NCBI GenBank assembly: GCA_023213395.1
Contig: CM041465.1
Location: 78,747,741-78,811,740, forward strand
DNA: 64,000 bases
DNA from: Cycas panzhihuaensis
Lineage: Eukaryota; Plantae; Cycadophyta
Reading direction: 5' to 3'
The notes below the pieces were generated by a model that was not told the origin of the DNA, ran no database searches, and worked only from the letters and a program-made list of their open reading frames with translations. Position numbers and translations under genes: made by a program. Below, piece by piece: positions 39,901-53,429 of this stretch. Position 1 is the first letter of the stretch; every line of letters begins with the position of its first letter.

Positions 39901-42900
39901 AATTTGAAGACATTAAACATTAAAGGGGTATGTTGGAATATGTGATTTAATCATATATGTAATGTTTAATGTTAGGTGATGTGACACATGCACAATCCCA
40001 CTATTCACATACATTGAGATATGTGAGATGCACACATATCCATGCAAGGATGCTATCTGATAATGTAAATACTCGAGATACGATAAGCAACTCATGAAGT
40101 GAACATTATTATAAATATGTACACACACCACTTGATAACTTAAGAAAGGAGATGCATTTACTTTGATCATTAAGAGGAGTTCTAACTCCACCTTCTCACA
40201 TGGTTTTTCCCCCACTGAGTTTTCTACACAAAAATCTGATCTCTCTCTTGTGGTGCACGCTTGATGTGTCATTTACTTTACATTCATGTTGATTCCTTTA
40301 TATGTGTGCATAACTTATGAGTTTATTTTGTCGTTATACTTGCATCTTTTAATTCCATAGTTTTACTCTACATTTCTAATATGGTATTAGAGTGCAATTA
40401 TAAATTTTAACATATATAAGGGCAATGCGTATTGTAAGGAAGATTAGATTACATAGTCCTCCTTATGAGGGTAGATGACACACCATGAGGATTTTTTTAT
40501 TATCATTCTTTAATATGAGATCTCATATACATTTGGAGGTGGTTTTCCCATTCATGGGTTTTTCACATTGGATAGGGTGTCACATATGGTGCTTGTGTGA
40601 TTGACTCTTTGCCCTTATTCATTTATTTTGTTTATTATAGAAGTTGATTGATCATGCAATTGCATTTCCTATTGGCTTATTACATTACGTTGTTATCCTA
40701 TGCAATAAACTTTAACGTTGTATCCGACCTTCTACATAAATTACATCATAAATTTTAACATGGTATCAAAGCTCAAGTCAAAAGATCATGAAGCATAGGT
40801 GGAGATCTTGAGGAGATGTCGTATCAAAGTGGCATAGTAGAAGTAGAAAATAGGAGAAACAAGTAGAAGACCATGGTGCTGATCTTTTCCATCCGAGGAT
40901 GATCCATGCATGCGTTATGTGTGAGCCAGTAATTGGTTAGTATGAGCCAGTATAAGGAGCCCATATCAAGAGCCAATTTGATGAGCCAAAATCCAGATTA
41001 TGTTGATGACATGTAACTGCAATATAGGGGCATGATGAAGCGAAATGAAGAGATCTGCATGCAAAGCTAAAGAGAGACACATTCAAACTAGGAAGTAATA
41101 TTATTCATTTATTTATAATGGACATTTATTACGCATGCAACTAGCATATTCATGAAGTATACAAGTTTAGGAGGTACGTCCACAAGTTGAGATTGTCCAA
41201 GCAAGGTTGATCACCATGTAAAAGCAAGTTGCAAAGCTAGTACTCTGTGAGTTGAGTGAGAAATAAGCAACAAGTCTATACTAGGATTTGAAAGGAATTT
41301 TGACAGTAAGATGTACCAAGTAGTTGGCATCAATAAGAAATAACATGAGGTATGTTGAGTGCATTAAGTGTTGACAAGTATTTGAGATATTGAGGGTTAT
41401 GACAGGTTATTGGTTATTACATTGCCATATGAGAGTTTGATGTTTATTTTGTGAAGTTGGGATAACAACTTTGGTGGAAATGTAAGAAATTATCTCTATT
41501 ATGGATTACTTGGCCATCTATTTTTGTCATGGATTGTAGAGTTTATTTGTTATTGTATATTTCTTTATGAGTAATTAGGATCATTCAATGTTGTGCAATT
41601 TTATTTGATACCCTATTGCTTGTGCACCAAAGATGACATCATGGTCATGTGGGAGCATTGATGACCCTTGATCAATGAGAAGAGATCGTAAGATAGTTGT
41701 ACTAGGAGAGATAGATATTAAGGGCTATGAGATATTGTTTGCACATTGAGTAACACATTCACCATTGTAAATGGTCACTAAATTGATTTCAAGCTTGCAT
41801 GTTGATCAATAGAATCAATGGAAGATACTAAAAGGAGATTTATCACCGCCTGTGTGGAGATAACAAGTAGTAGAGATGGAAGAACAAAGCCAAGGCAAGT
41901 ATAGACAAATTCAATGCAACCAATAGATGCAATATCAATTCTAGTGGAAATTAATCAAAGTCTAAGAATAGGGACAATTGCCCATTCTACCCCCACATAG
42001 ATTGCCCAAAGCAATACTCTTGAAGAGATGTTGCAGTATGGAAAAGCAAAACATGGAAAGACAACCTTGATAATGATTCGCACACAACTAGCCATAAAAG
42101 AATTCACAGGAATTGTGGTGAGAAGCATAGAGAATGGTGTTGGTTGCCCACAGATAAAGTTTATCGATGCCTAATGTTTGCTCCACATATCATTACAAAG
42201 TTTGATGTGCTGCACAAGGTTGCCCATTAGCTCACGAGCAAACAATCTAAAGGAAATACTCGCCAATGGCACAAATCTAAAAGAAAACACTAAAAAATCC
42301 ACAAAAAGTCATTTGCCAAAATTTGGAAAAAAAGCTGTAGGTCAAATCGAAAGAGTAATTCACCAAGAACGCACCTCAAATGCATAGAAAGTCATCCAAG
42401 TCTAATCACACAGACCAAACCCTAACTAATGAATGTTATGTCATATTATTTTTTATAAAGTGGAATTCATATTTGACTAAATTGAATTCTATTTAGAAGT
42501 TTCTCCAAGCCCCATGGATGAAGTTAAATGGTCACATGGAGCTCAACCATGACCAAGTTTTACTTTGAAAAGGCATTTAACATCATTTTCTAACTTGACT
42601 TCATTTTTTGGAGGACATACTAATGATTTTTAGGGCATAACTTATGCATATGAGGTCAGAATCAAGTGTCGTCAATTGTGTTGGAAAGAGGATCCATAGA
42701 TGGAAGTGGTCATAAGGCATAGCTTGGAGACCACATGATGGACATTTTAATTGTTGAAGTTGAGTAAGTAGTTTTTGGCATGTTAAAAGGTGCATTTTTT
42801 AAGCAGTTTGAGACATGATTTGAAATTTTTAAAAGCTCTTGAGTGCATGGTGATGCAAATAGAAGTTTGATGATGATTTTTGACACTTGTTTGGTTGAAA

Positions 42901-44495
42901 ATTGATAAAAAGAGACATATTAAGGCTCATTTTACACATATTATGGCTTAATTTTAAGGTTTGAAGCATGTGAGAACCTATTTGATGATAGATGTAAGAT
43001 ACATTAGACAAATACATGTTGGACATGGTAATGAGATCCCCCTAATGCATTAAACACATTTGATATCATGACTAACCAACACTGTTCAAATGAAATTTGA
43101 CACAAAGATAAAGAAATCACCTAGTTTAATATATGATTTAATTGCATGAGGGACAAATCACCTAATTGTTTTAATTGAGTGATGAATAAAAGACACCACC
43201 TGATTGACAAGTTGTTTGAAAGATGTTGGTCGATAGCTGTTTGAAAAAAGGTTGTTGGTCGAAAGTTTGGTTGAGTTCATGTTTGAGTTTACCACCATGC
43301 CTCATATGTTTGATTGTTTGATGAAATTGAAAATAATGGTTGTGGGTTATCCATAAAACCAAGATCAACTGTTGTGGAGCCTAGTTGATATGTGTTCTTG
43401 GTTAGAAATCCAATAGCCACATATGACAAGAGGTGTGGAACACATTATGCATGTTACCTTGATGCAACGAACTTGATAGGCCAAGTGGTATGCCTTGTTC
43501 CTAGACTTAGTTGACTTGAAAAGTTCATTGATGTGAGATCAATTTCTAAAGAATGTTGCAAGGGTCACCTTTTGCAGAATCACTGATAGAGGCATCATGA
43601 GTTCTGCATATCGCATAAAACAAGAGGTGAGAGAATGTTTATAATCTACTCTTGTTACAACATGTTTGTCTAATCGAAGTATGTTATGTTTTCTTTATGA
43701 AGCTGATGAACCACATATAAGAAATACTTCCTAGTTAACTAGCGATTGCAACGGTCAGCTACACACGCATTTTGGTAGATGGTTGTTGTTTTATATGGAC
43801 ATTAGTTATTGGTTTGTTGATGAGGTTGTTTTGAAGCTTACAAGTGGAGGATATGAAGTTGTTGAGAAAAGACTTCATATATCATGATGAGTTGTGAGTT
43901 ATGTTTGTTTGATGGTGATTTATAATTGGTGATGCAATATGACAGACATAGATTTGATGATTGATATTTATAAGTGATACAAGTGATGTGAGATATATGA
44001 TGAGTAGGTGATCCATCATGAAAATGAAAATGAAGACATTTGAAAATTTTCACAAATTAAACAATAATGGGGACCGTTGGAATATTGAGTTTCATGAATA
44101 TCAATGTAATATTTAATTAATGGTTAAGTAGTCGCTGGTCAATATGAAAGATTCTCACACACATGATATTATTAGTTGATGTAATGGTAAAATAACATTG
44201 GATGATGAAGAGGTGACAACATGAGGATTGTTTAATTAACATTCTTTAATATGAGATTTCATATGCATTTGGAGTTGTTTTTTCCCATTCATGGGATTTC
44301 CACATTAAACATGGTGTCACATATAGTGTTTGCATGATTAATTCTTTGCACTTATTTATTTATTATGTTCATTAAATGTTGATTGAGCATGTGGTTACAT
44401 TTCCTACTACCTTATTACGTTATGTTATTATCCTATGCAATAAACTTTACCATGGCATCCCACCTTTTGCATAGGTCGTGTCATAAATTTTAACA
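36903..44495 (+). mobile_element. Element G: non-coding (LARD-like) LTR element; 5' LTR 36903-40760 (interrupted by F), 3' LTR 44075-44495, TSD ATGGA
   Basis: LTRs align; PBS tggtatcaaagc at 40761; TSD atgga at 36898-36902 and 44496-44500. No recognisable gag/pol in the ~3.3-kb interior. Confidence 0.88.
37056..40412 (+). mobile_element. Element F: non-coding LTR element related to G; LTRs 37056-37539 and 39931-40412, TSD TATAT
   Basis: tgttggaata...taaca LTR pair; degenerate PBS tgatatcagaacc; PPT aaagggg; TSD tatat at 37051-37055 and 40413-40417. Internal ends are homologous to G. Confidence 0.9.
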
Positions 44496-44982
44496 ATGGA
44501 GGCAAGGAATCCCATATGACAAGCTTTGGTTGCTGGTAGAAAACAATTGCTCTAGGTATCTCACTTGTGGCCATAAATTGTCATGCCTTAAAAGGTGTGT
44601 GTCCAATGGACACTAAAGGAAAGTCATACAGAGTAGGGTTTATGTGATTATACCCTTCCTCGGTGTGTTGTACCCATGGAACAATGTTATGTCATGCTGC
44701 CTATATTGGGTGTGAAATTACTAGAATGTCCAGGACACCTATATGCTTACCTAAAACCATGGCTATAGGTGCACTCATTAGCAAGGTGGGAGAATGATCC
44801 GCATATTGCTCTACCTACTCTTGAATAGACATCTTTAATGGTGCAAGTGTTGTCATGGAATCTCCTGGATCTGATGGCGGAGTTGATTGAAAAAGCATTT
44901 GCGTTTGAGGAGTGTCCAGTTTGGGCATTGATCTCACAAATAAGTTGGTACCTTCTCTAATAAGACTGGTGAGTTTGATTTC

Positions 44983-45552
44983 TTATGAACCCATTCTCCA
45001 AGTTACTAGAGATGATAAAGAGTCGAGCTCATAAATTTTCTTGTCTTTTTGCAACTGATAGATGTTTGTGAACCCATAATAGACTATTTCTCTATCATAT
45101 TGATAAGGTCTCCCTAAAAGTAGTTCACAACAATCCATGGGAGTTACATCATAGGTAATTGTGTCTATATAGGACCTAATTGCAAAAGTTACACGATGGG
45201 TTCTATCAATCCTTATTTGTGGTGCTCTTTCTTTTGTAACCCATCTAAGTGTATAAGGATTAGGATGAGGTTCTATAGGGAGATTGAGATCCTTAACAAG
45301 TTTATTAGATACTAGACGTTTCATACTATCATTATCAATGATACACAGTATAATGTGGTCTTTGACTTGGTAATTCTGAGTAAAGAATGCTTCTCTTCCT
45401 AAAGCATTGTAATCCTTAGTCATCAAAACTAGACTTGGATCTACCACCACCTGATTGGTGATAAGTGTTGTTGGTATCTCTATTGAATCACTTGATGTGC
45501 TAGCCTCCTCACTCAGTGTGTTAATTTCCTCTTCAACTACTAGGGTTTTCAC
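44983..45552 (-). pseudogene. Gypsy gag-protease remnant related to the 2824-6460 element; part of the old element that G inserted into
   Basis: IIDNDS...PHPNPYTLRWV...PMDCCELLLGRPYQYDR parallels the 6000-6450 region. No RT follows. A 3'-end-like sequence lies on the other side of G (~36730-36900). Confidence 0.7.
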
Positions 45553-47269
45553 CTTAACTTTGTATTGATCATGCTATTTCTAGCATTCCTTGTTGGAGTG
45601 ACTATCAATCTTGTGTAGGTGCAATACTTGGATTTCCCCTTCACTATCTCTGAAGGATCTATTGCATCTATTTTCTTTCTCTAATTGAATGGCTACTTTG
45701 GTGGTCATTGTGATTGTTGTTGATGTGGAGTGTATTAGTGGATTTGGATCTAGGATGCTTGGGAATGGTTAGGGACATTTCCAAGAATAGCTTTGAGATG
45801 TCATCTAGCAAGAGAAGAGTGCAAATCAATGAAAATACAATGAAGGATGATTCTTGAATAATTTTGGGATGCATGGGATGATTGCAAGTCACGAAACATG
45901 CTCTCGAGGGATAGTTTTCTTCAAGCATAGGAACCGTTTTGGGATACTTTTAAAAATTGTGAAATAGTTTTGGAATAATGAATGCTTCATGGAATAGTTT
46001 TGCATTGAAAATTTTGGAGTTGAATTGTACAACCATACCAACATATAGGCATACGTAATGACACTTGCATATCATTAATTAGGGTTTTATGTTATGAAGA
46101 GTCAAAATCTATGTTGTAAAGTTGTACCCTTCTAAGTTTTTGGCTATGTCATTTCTCTTGTTGATTGAATGATGAAAACCAAACATTAAAAGGTGATGTA
46201 ACATTCTACTGAGCATATTTAATGTTGATTAATAAAAGATACAAGTTATGAGAAAAATCTTGTGCATCTTATGTGATTAATATTTAGTCATTTAAGTTGA
46301 GATTGAATATGTTGCATATGTGGCAAATGTTGCAAAATTGCCATATATGTTGTAATTTGTATTGGGATCAAATCCTAATCAGGTGCACCTGGAACAGTGG
46401 AAAACATGTTAATTTGTGTTTGACAAGTTGAGGATCATGCAAGGCAAGGTCCAACATGCGAAAAGAATGGATAGGAGTGTGGAAAAATTTAGTGATAGGT
46501 CAAAAAGAGGCTCTCAGGGAACACATAATAGTATGCATTCCAAAGAGGAATGCATATAGGAACGTATGTAAAATGCAACAACAGTCAAACCTGAATTCAT
46601 CCTAGATCTGATAACATCATCCTCACACATACATTTGTATAGTTGCGTAGATATCATAAAAAGTAATTAATGAGTTTTTAGGGTAACCATAATGAAAAGA
46701 TGCTTTGCTATGGATTGGAATGGTTGTGACCATAGGTCACAATGATTACCAAGAGACATGTAAAATGGGTATAAATTGGTCATTTTCCACCATTTTGGTG
46801 TCAGATCCAAGTCAATGAGTCATGTGATATGTTCTCAAGGGCGAGAGTTGAGTTGAATCATCTAGTATCATAGACTGATATGGTCATATTTCCAATGATG
46901 TGAAGACATTGTATAAGTGATCTTTGCTTAATGAAATTAAAGTTACATGGAAAATATTGTGCAATGTTATAATGTGTTTCCTTTGAGGAGCATGCTATTA
47001 TTACTATGAGAATGATATGACATTGTGATGATGGTTTATGATATGATTGTGATGTTACAAGGATATTATGAATATGTGAATGCATTTATGAGTCAATGTG
47101 TATGGTTGTGAGCATGAAAAGTGGCATTGTGTTGAGAAAACTCTTGGGAAGGCTGCATGAAAGGGATCCTTGACTATAGTAAAATCAACATTCATTATGT
47201 TGCCTAAGTCCACTTATGGGGGGAAAGAAGCTAGACTTTTTCACCTTACAAACCAATGTCCAAAGACCA

Positions 47270-50200
47270 AGGAACCCTGGTTGTCCTCATGATGGTAGGT
47301 TGTAACTAAGCCTTTGATAGCCAAGGGACCTTTCAATGCCATTAAAGTGGCCTTCGAAGGTGATAAATCCACTGAAAAAACCTTCACCTAATGTAATGAT
47401 GGAGTCAACCAGGAAAAGGGCAAAAAGATGGGTAAATAAGTGAAAATTAAGGGGTAAGAGAGTAAATTCTTTAAGGAATGACAAGACCAAGGGGAGGTTT
47501 GTCGAGGAGTTTGAGGCAAGTGAACCACAACCACCCATTTAGCAAAATGAGGATGGTAAAGGACTAACTTCGGACCCAATAGAAATTGAATTACTTAGCC
47601 CCAAAATTGCATCCATAGCTCCGACATTATTGGAAGTAAAAGAAGGAAGAAAATTTAGAGGAACAAGTAGTGACTCTGAGAAACCTAAATCTAATGCAAC
47701 ACTAGAGGAAGTTGCATGACCAAAAGTATAAGTAATCCCACCTTCAATTTCACAAGGGGGAAGTATAGAACCAAGTGTTTCAAAAATGGCAGACTCGATG
47801 GGAGTTTGGGACATTGATCTTTAATATTATGACTGATGCAAGCAAACATGCATACTTATTTCAAAATTTGGTGGATAAGAAAAAATAGCAAATGAAGCAG
47901 AGATTCGAGCAAGATTTGCCTACTCATTACGGGGTGTACCCTTAGCATCATACAAGCAAGTGGATTCATCCAAGACATGGGCAAACATAAAAAAGGAATT
48001 TAAGAAGAGATTTCAAAAGTTCAAAAGTAATGAAGCAATATAACTATCACTCAGGGAAATCAGATAAAGATTGAGGTAGTCGATGTTGACATATATAAGT
48101 AGAATGACATTCATAGTTGTAAACATGTAGAATGGGGAGAAAAGTATAGACTATAACTTGAGAAATTACTTTGTTAATAGATTAAACTCAAAATTGAGGG
48201 CGGATATGGCAACACACCCCCTTCAGTACTTTAAGCATGCATAAGAATTGGCATTAGATTTTAAGGGGATAGACACTGAGATGGCAAGCCACAATCCCTT
48301 ATTATTATTGAGATTACAAGAGGAAATCCAAGAACTTAAGAGTCAAAATGTAAATAAACCTTACCATCAAGCCACAAGAGCAGAGGAGACTTTAGAGGTG
48401 GAAGCCCTCAAAAAGGAGCTAACCAGATTAAAGATAGGTACACATAAGCCTCAAGTGGAAGAAGAAGAAATGAGTAAGAAACAAAGAAATAGAGAAATTT
48501 ATATACAGAAGTGGTGTCACATTTGTGATGAGAACATGCATTCCACAAAGAAATGCAACCTAAATAGGAGAAACAATCGAGTCAAAAACCAAAGCAAATG
48601 GTGTCATATTTGTGATATAGATAATCTCAATGGATGTGGAAAATGCCAAAGAGGAAGAGGAAGAGGTGTTGAATCCACAAGAATGATGTATACCACTTGC
48701 ACAACACCAAAAGGTTCTAAAAGGAAGCCACCGTTGCGGTGCTATTTGGTTTGTTTAGAATGTGGCTTCTGGAAATCAAAGTGCCTTGTGGCCAAGGCCC
48801 ATGCAGAGTGCCTATTCATGTGTAACAATTATGGGCCTAACGCTCACCCCAAAAAAGACTACAAAGGAAAAGAAAAACTAATCTTATGTCTATGGTGATC
48901 GAATCCCTAAAGAATGTGAGTCTACAAGCTAGAAGCATAAATAAGGGGAAAGAAAATATGGAAGAGGAGTATTTGAATCCTAAAGTAGAAGCCAGTAAAT
49001 GTGCAGCAGCAAAAGAGCTTTGGAAGATGTTGTTAGAGAAGTAGATAAGAGTTTACCTATGGCAAAAGCAAAGACAAAACAAGTATGTACAAGAAGGAAT
49101 AAGGCTAAAGAATGAGTAGCAAAACCTAAGGAGGTAAAACTAGTGATAAACCAACCGCCCACATTAAATGCAAAGAAACAATTTCGGGGAGATATTCCAA
49201 GAGTTTTGGTGGTAATGGAAAATTTGGGGAAACAATTAAAATTGACTACTCCATTAGAGCTATTGAATGGATAAAAGCTACAGTTCTGGAACCTAAGGAT
49301 ATGGTGAGAAGCTTAAACAAAATTATACCCTCATGTAACCTAGATCCTATGGTGATAATAAGCATTTTGGGTGGAACATTTTGAAATGTAATCATTGATG
49401 GGGGCCAATAGTAAATGTGTTGCCAACATTTACTTGGAAGAAGTTAGGGAGCCCAAAACCTGAACCTACCAATTATTCATTAAAGTTGGATAATGATCTC
49501 TTGGTTAAGCCAGTGGGGAAACTACTAGATGTGAAAGTGAACATCGATGGCATTATAATCCCCATGGATTTCACTATTGTAGAAATGGTCAAGAAAGTGC
49601 TAACCTACCTAGCTTTGTTAGGACAACTATGGTTGTACAAAATGAAGTGTTTACAAAGTTGCAGAGATGTGACCCTCACCTTATCAAATGGAGGAAATGA
49701 AATAGTGTTGTCAATGCTAAGCAAAGGGAAATACACTCTGGAAGCCATTCACAATAGCACATCAAACACAACAATTGCGTGTGAAGAGACTGAATCCTCC
49801 TTCGATGAGGCTAATTTATATTGAACAATGGAAGAGATGGAAACAATGAGCAACCCCCATGATAGCAAGCTCAATTATTATGGGGAATTGCAACTAGAAA
49901 TTTCTTCAAATGAAGAAGGTGCTAAGAATCTTGTAAATGGATGCAGGAGTCATACGAGGTAGACCCCGCTCGTTCCACTATAACTTACTTTCTATTTCTC
50001 CTATGATTGACATGGATGATAATAAAACAAATAACTTGGAGGATACTAGTGTCATGTGCAATTCTAGCATTCATGATAATAGTGATAACTTAGGAACCAA
50101 CATAGCAAATGGATGTTCTCAAATGAATGTTGAATTAGCAAATGCTTATTTTTACAAGAAAATGAAGGGGAGAAACAAATAAAGGTAGAAATAATGGAAT

Positions 50201-50520
50201 CATCTCCCTTATCTTTTGAACCCCTTAACCCTAATCCCATTTCCAATTCCATTCCTAACCCTAGACTTAACCTTAATCCTATCCTTGGGCTCAAAATGAA
50301 AGGTTTGTCCAACCTTTCCCCAAACCCTAACCTCCCTTCTACTTCAAATGTAAAACTTAAAGTAGAATTTCCCTCCCAATCCTTATCCTATCTTGGGGAA
50401 ATTAGCTCTAGTTCTTCCCCATCTTCTCTTAGGGTGCATCCACCTAGTGATTATAATTCATCTAAAGAAGACACTCACAAAGGGTTTTCACCCACCTTAA
50501 GGGAAAAAACTATAGAAAAA
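47270..50520 (+). mobile_element. Element K: decayed relative of element I (gag with multiple Zn knuckles, protease, Pro/Asn linker), truncated by J
   Basis: LLLRLQEEIQELK, WCHICDENMHSTKKC, WKKLGSPKPEP, PNLPSTS...SSSL.VH.PS are collinear with I. Left boundary uncertain. Confidence 0.85.
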
Positions 50521-52266
50521 TTGGCACATGCACAATGTCATCACATGATCACATAGTAAGCAAATACAGGTAACAAAATGACACTGCACATGTACACCAG
50601 TTTGACAGGTGGAAAAACCTTTCTAGGGAAGAAAACCCACCTCCTAAAGTTGTAGTTTTATTAAGAAAATTTGAGAAACAGAAAACCATTTACATAATCC
50701 ACCTAACCACCAAACTAGCCTTGTAAAAGGCATTTAGACAGCCCTCCTAGATTCTCGGAACCATCTCCTTGAATCTAGGAGAAGAATTTATATTAAGAAA
50801 GGTTCGTTGAAATGCAGTTCCACATTTCAACCACCTTCCACATAAGATTAAATAATAAACACTAAAGTTAAGCATTATAATAACTTAAATACAAATTTAG
50901 ACATGTGACTTAAATATAAACTTTAAAAAGAACATAAAAGTTACATTACATTAATATTCCTAACATCCCCATTTAATGTAAACTTTTATGCTATAGAAAA
51001 AGAAGGTCTTCATCACGGTGATCCCCCTTTGATGGAGACGTCTTTTATCTGTAACAGATCTCAGAGATTTAGAAACTTTAATTCAGTTAAAGACTTCGTA
51101 AGTATGTCAGCAATCTGTAGATCTGTTGGACAATAAGACAAAGAAACAAGATTATCAGTAACTAAATTATGAATAAAATGCTGATGTAATTCAATATGTT
51201 TAGTCCTAGAATGTGAAACTGGATTTGTAGCTGTTGACTCAGGTGTTCCCACTGCACTTGTGGGAACAGTGCACTTGTCAAGGTTACACAGGCTATAGTC
51301 TAGTTACGATATGGTCAACATGGTTATTCACATACATTCCACAGATTATATCACAATAGTACACAGCAGCATACAAATCAACACATATTCAGCATTTCAT
51401 CCTTATAACACAGAGAATACACAGTTTTCCACATAACTCTTCTTTCCATTAAGCAACAAGTTCAATTACACAGAGGGCTGGAATGCATTCCTGTGCATTC
51501 CAGCAGCATACACTCTTCTGTTACATGCGTACCTAGGTGGTACTTATCAATAAACACTGTTTCAATCGGCTATCATACGTGCTGGCATCTGTACCATTGC
51601 GTACCCTGAATATTCGACTCTCGCCCTTTGAGAGTATACAATAGGATTGAATCACTCAGCTCTCACACTGGAATGGTCCTTGTGTGCTTCCTTAAATGTG
51701 CCTCTTCGCATTTTTGGTCAAGGGTTATGACCGCTCATCATAACCGCATTCTTGATCAAACGTATTTTTCATTAGTCATTGGTTATCCCATAACCAGTGC
51801 CTTAAGCATGTCCGACGTAAAATGCGACGTGCAGCGACTCCCCTAGGCTTCCACCGTCCTGCATCGTCATGCGCATCGCCTGCCTATTTACGTTACGCTG
51901 GTACGTATGCGTATTGCGCACTGCTCTGTGCACGCACCTATCATACGCACCCATAATGCTAGTTTTTCCACTGCCGCCTGTGTACCTCCGCACGGTCCTG
52001 CACTGCACATCTAGGGTTATCTAGCCTACCTTTGGTCTTCCAACAGCCATATGATCAATTTCTACCCCAACATCTATCCTGTGTCAATAAGATGGGTTTG
52101 AGCATCCTTGCTCAACAAAATTCCAAAAATTTTTCAAAATTTTGGGGTATTCCTCCCCGCCTCGCCTCAAGGCGCCTGCTGCCTCTGTCCTACTAGGATT
52201 TCTTCATTAATCTGTGTTAAGGTAGCAATGATAGCATCCTTTTCCTTAGTTTTATCTTGAAGGGCG

Positions 52267-53237
52267 CTATCTCGCTTTATACCCTTCCTCCATTTCTTGA
52301 ATAAGCTGAATTATAGGTCCTGATTTATTATGTGGTGTGGGAGGTGCTGAGGCTTCACCTGCTTCCATTGACGGAGGGAAGTCTTCCCATTCTTCCTGGA
52401 GGCCTCGCTTCTTCTTCCTCCTCCCCTGATTCCTCTTCACCTTTCTTCCGTTTACCTCTTTTGTGGACAGCCTGTTTTGTTCGATGTGGAATAGGTGTTC
52501 CTGGTGTTTTCTGACCGGTGAGTACCTTTTGCATTTGTTTTGAACCCTTCTTTTGCCTCTCGGGTTGTTAATCGAATCCGGAATTCCGCCCACTATTTAA
52601 TGATAGGTTCCCGCGGAGAAATGGTGGTTCTTGTTAGCTGTACTCCTGGACATTGATAAAGCAAGATAGCCAATAATAAGGAGGGATGTCGAAAGGGATG
52701 TGTCCTGATCTCCTTGAGTTGGTGCCTCATATTTTCTGCCAAGAATTCGAACCAATTCAGTTTCTCTCCTTCCCGAATTTTTAATAACACTGGCATCATA
52801 CCTCCTAGAATGTATGTATATTTCCATTTGGACAAAAATCGGGAATTTATAACTTTTGCTATCAATTGGAGTCTGATATCAATGATATCTGCTACACGAA
52901 TTCCACCAGACATTATCTGGGTATTTGCTTGACATAATTCTCTTAACCACATTTCACGGTCAACCTCTGACCTCTTGGTACCTAGGGGAATTTCCCCTTC
53001 ATTTGGGAGTTTTGTTATGGTGTGAATTATTCCTGCATCCATCTTGACCTTCCTGCTATCTTCCTTCAGTGCTAGCAGGATCTGGTCCATGAGTTCTGGG
53101 TCATAATACATAGGATTGCAATAAATGTAGTCTCCCCATCCTGCTTGTTTTACCCTGGTCTGAAATTGAGCTGGTAAAGCTTGCAATTCCAACTTAAGCT
53201 TTGGTATAAACGCTTCTTGGCATCCTGTTGTCCTCAT
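52267..53237 (-). CDS. Extra 3' ORF of element I in env-like position (214 aa plus 108 aa after a frameshift), function unknown
   Basis: Same sense as gag, between the repeat array and the 3' LTR. ITKLPNEGE and LNWFEFLAENMRHQL...F..PSLL resemble accessory ORFs of plant LTR elements; basic/coiled tail. Confidence 0.7.
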
Positions 53238-53429
53238 TTTGGCTGTGGAATTCCAGAGATAGCTGAAAATAACCTAAGAGTGCAAATCGGAACCCTACGT
53301 ACGTACCTTTTGGGTATGCTTGCCGTTTTCTTGAAATTCTGTGCCGAGATGCATACTGGAGTCACTTTTTCGTCTTATAGGGTCGTACGATTGCTTGGTA
53401 GAAAATTTAGAGTCGATTCGTTCGTCGTC

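Noticed and set aside
51244-51278. 17-bp difference with a small hairpin between the I LTRs
   Set aside because: Explained by simple slippage between tgcacttgt direct repeats.
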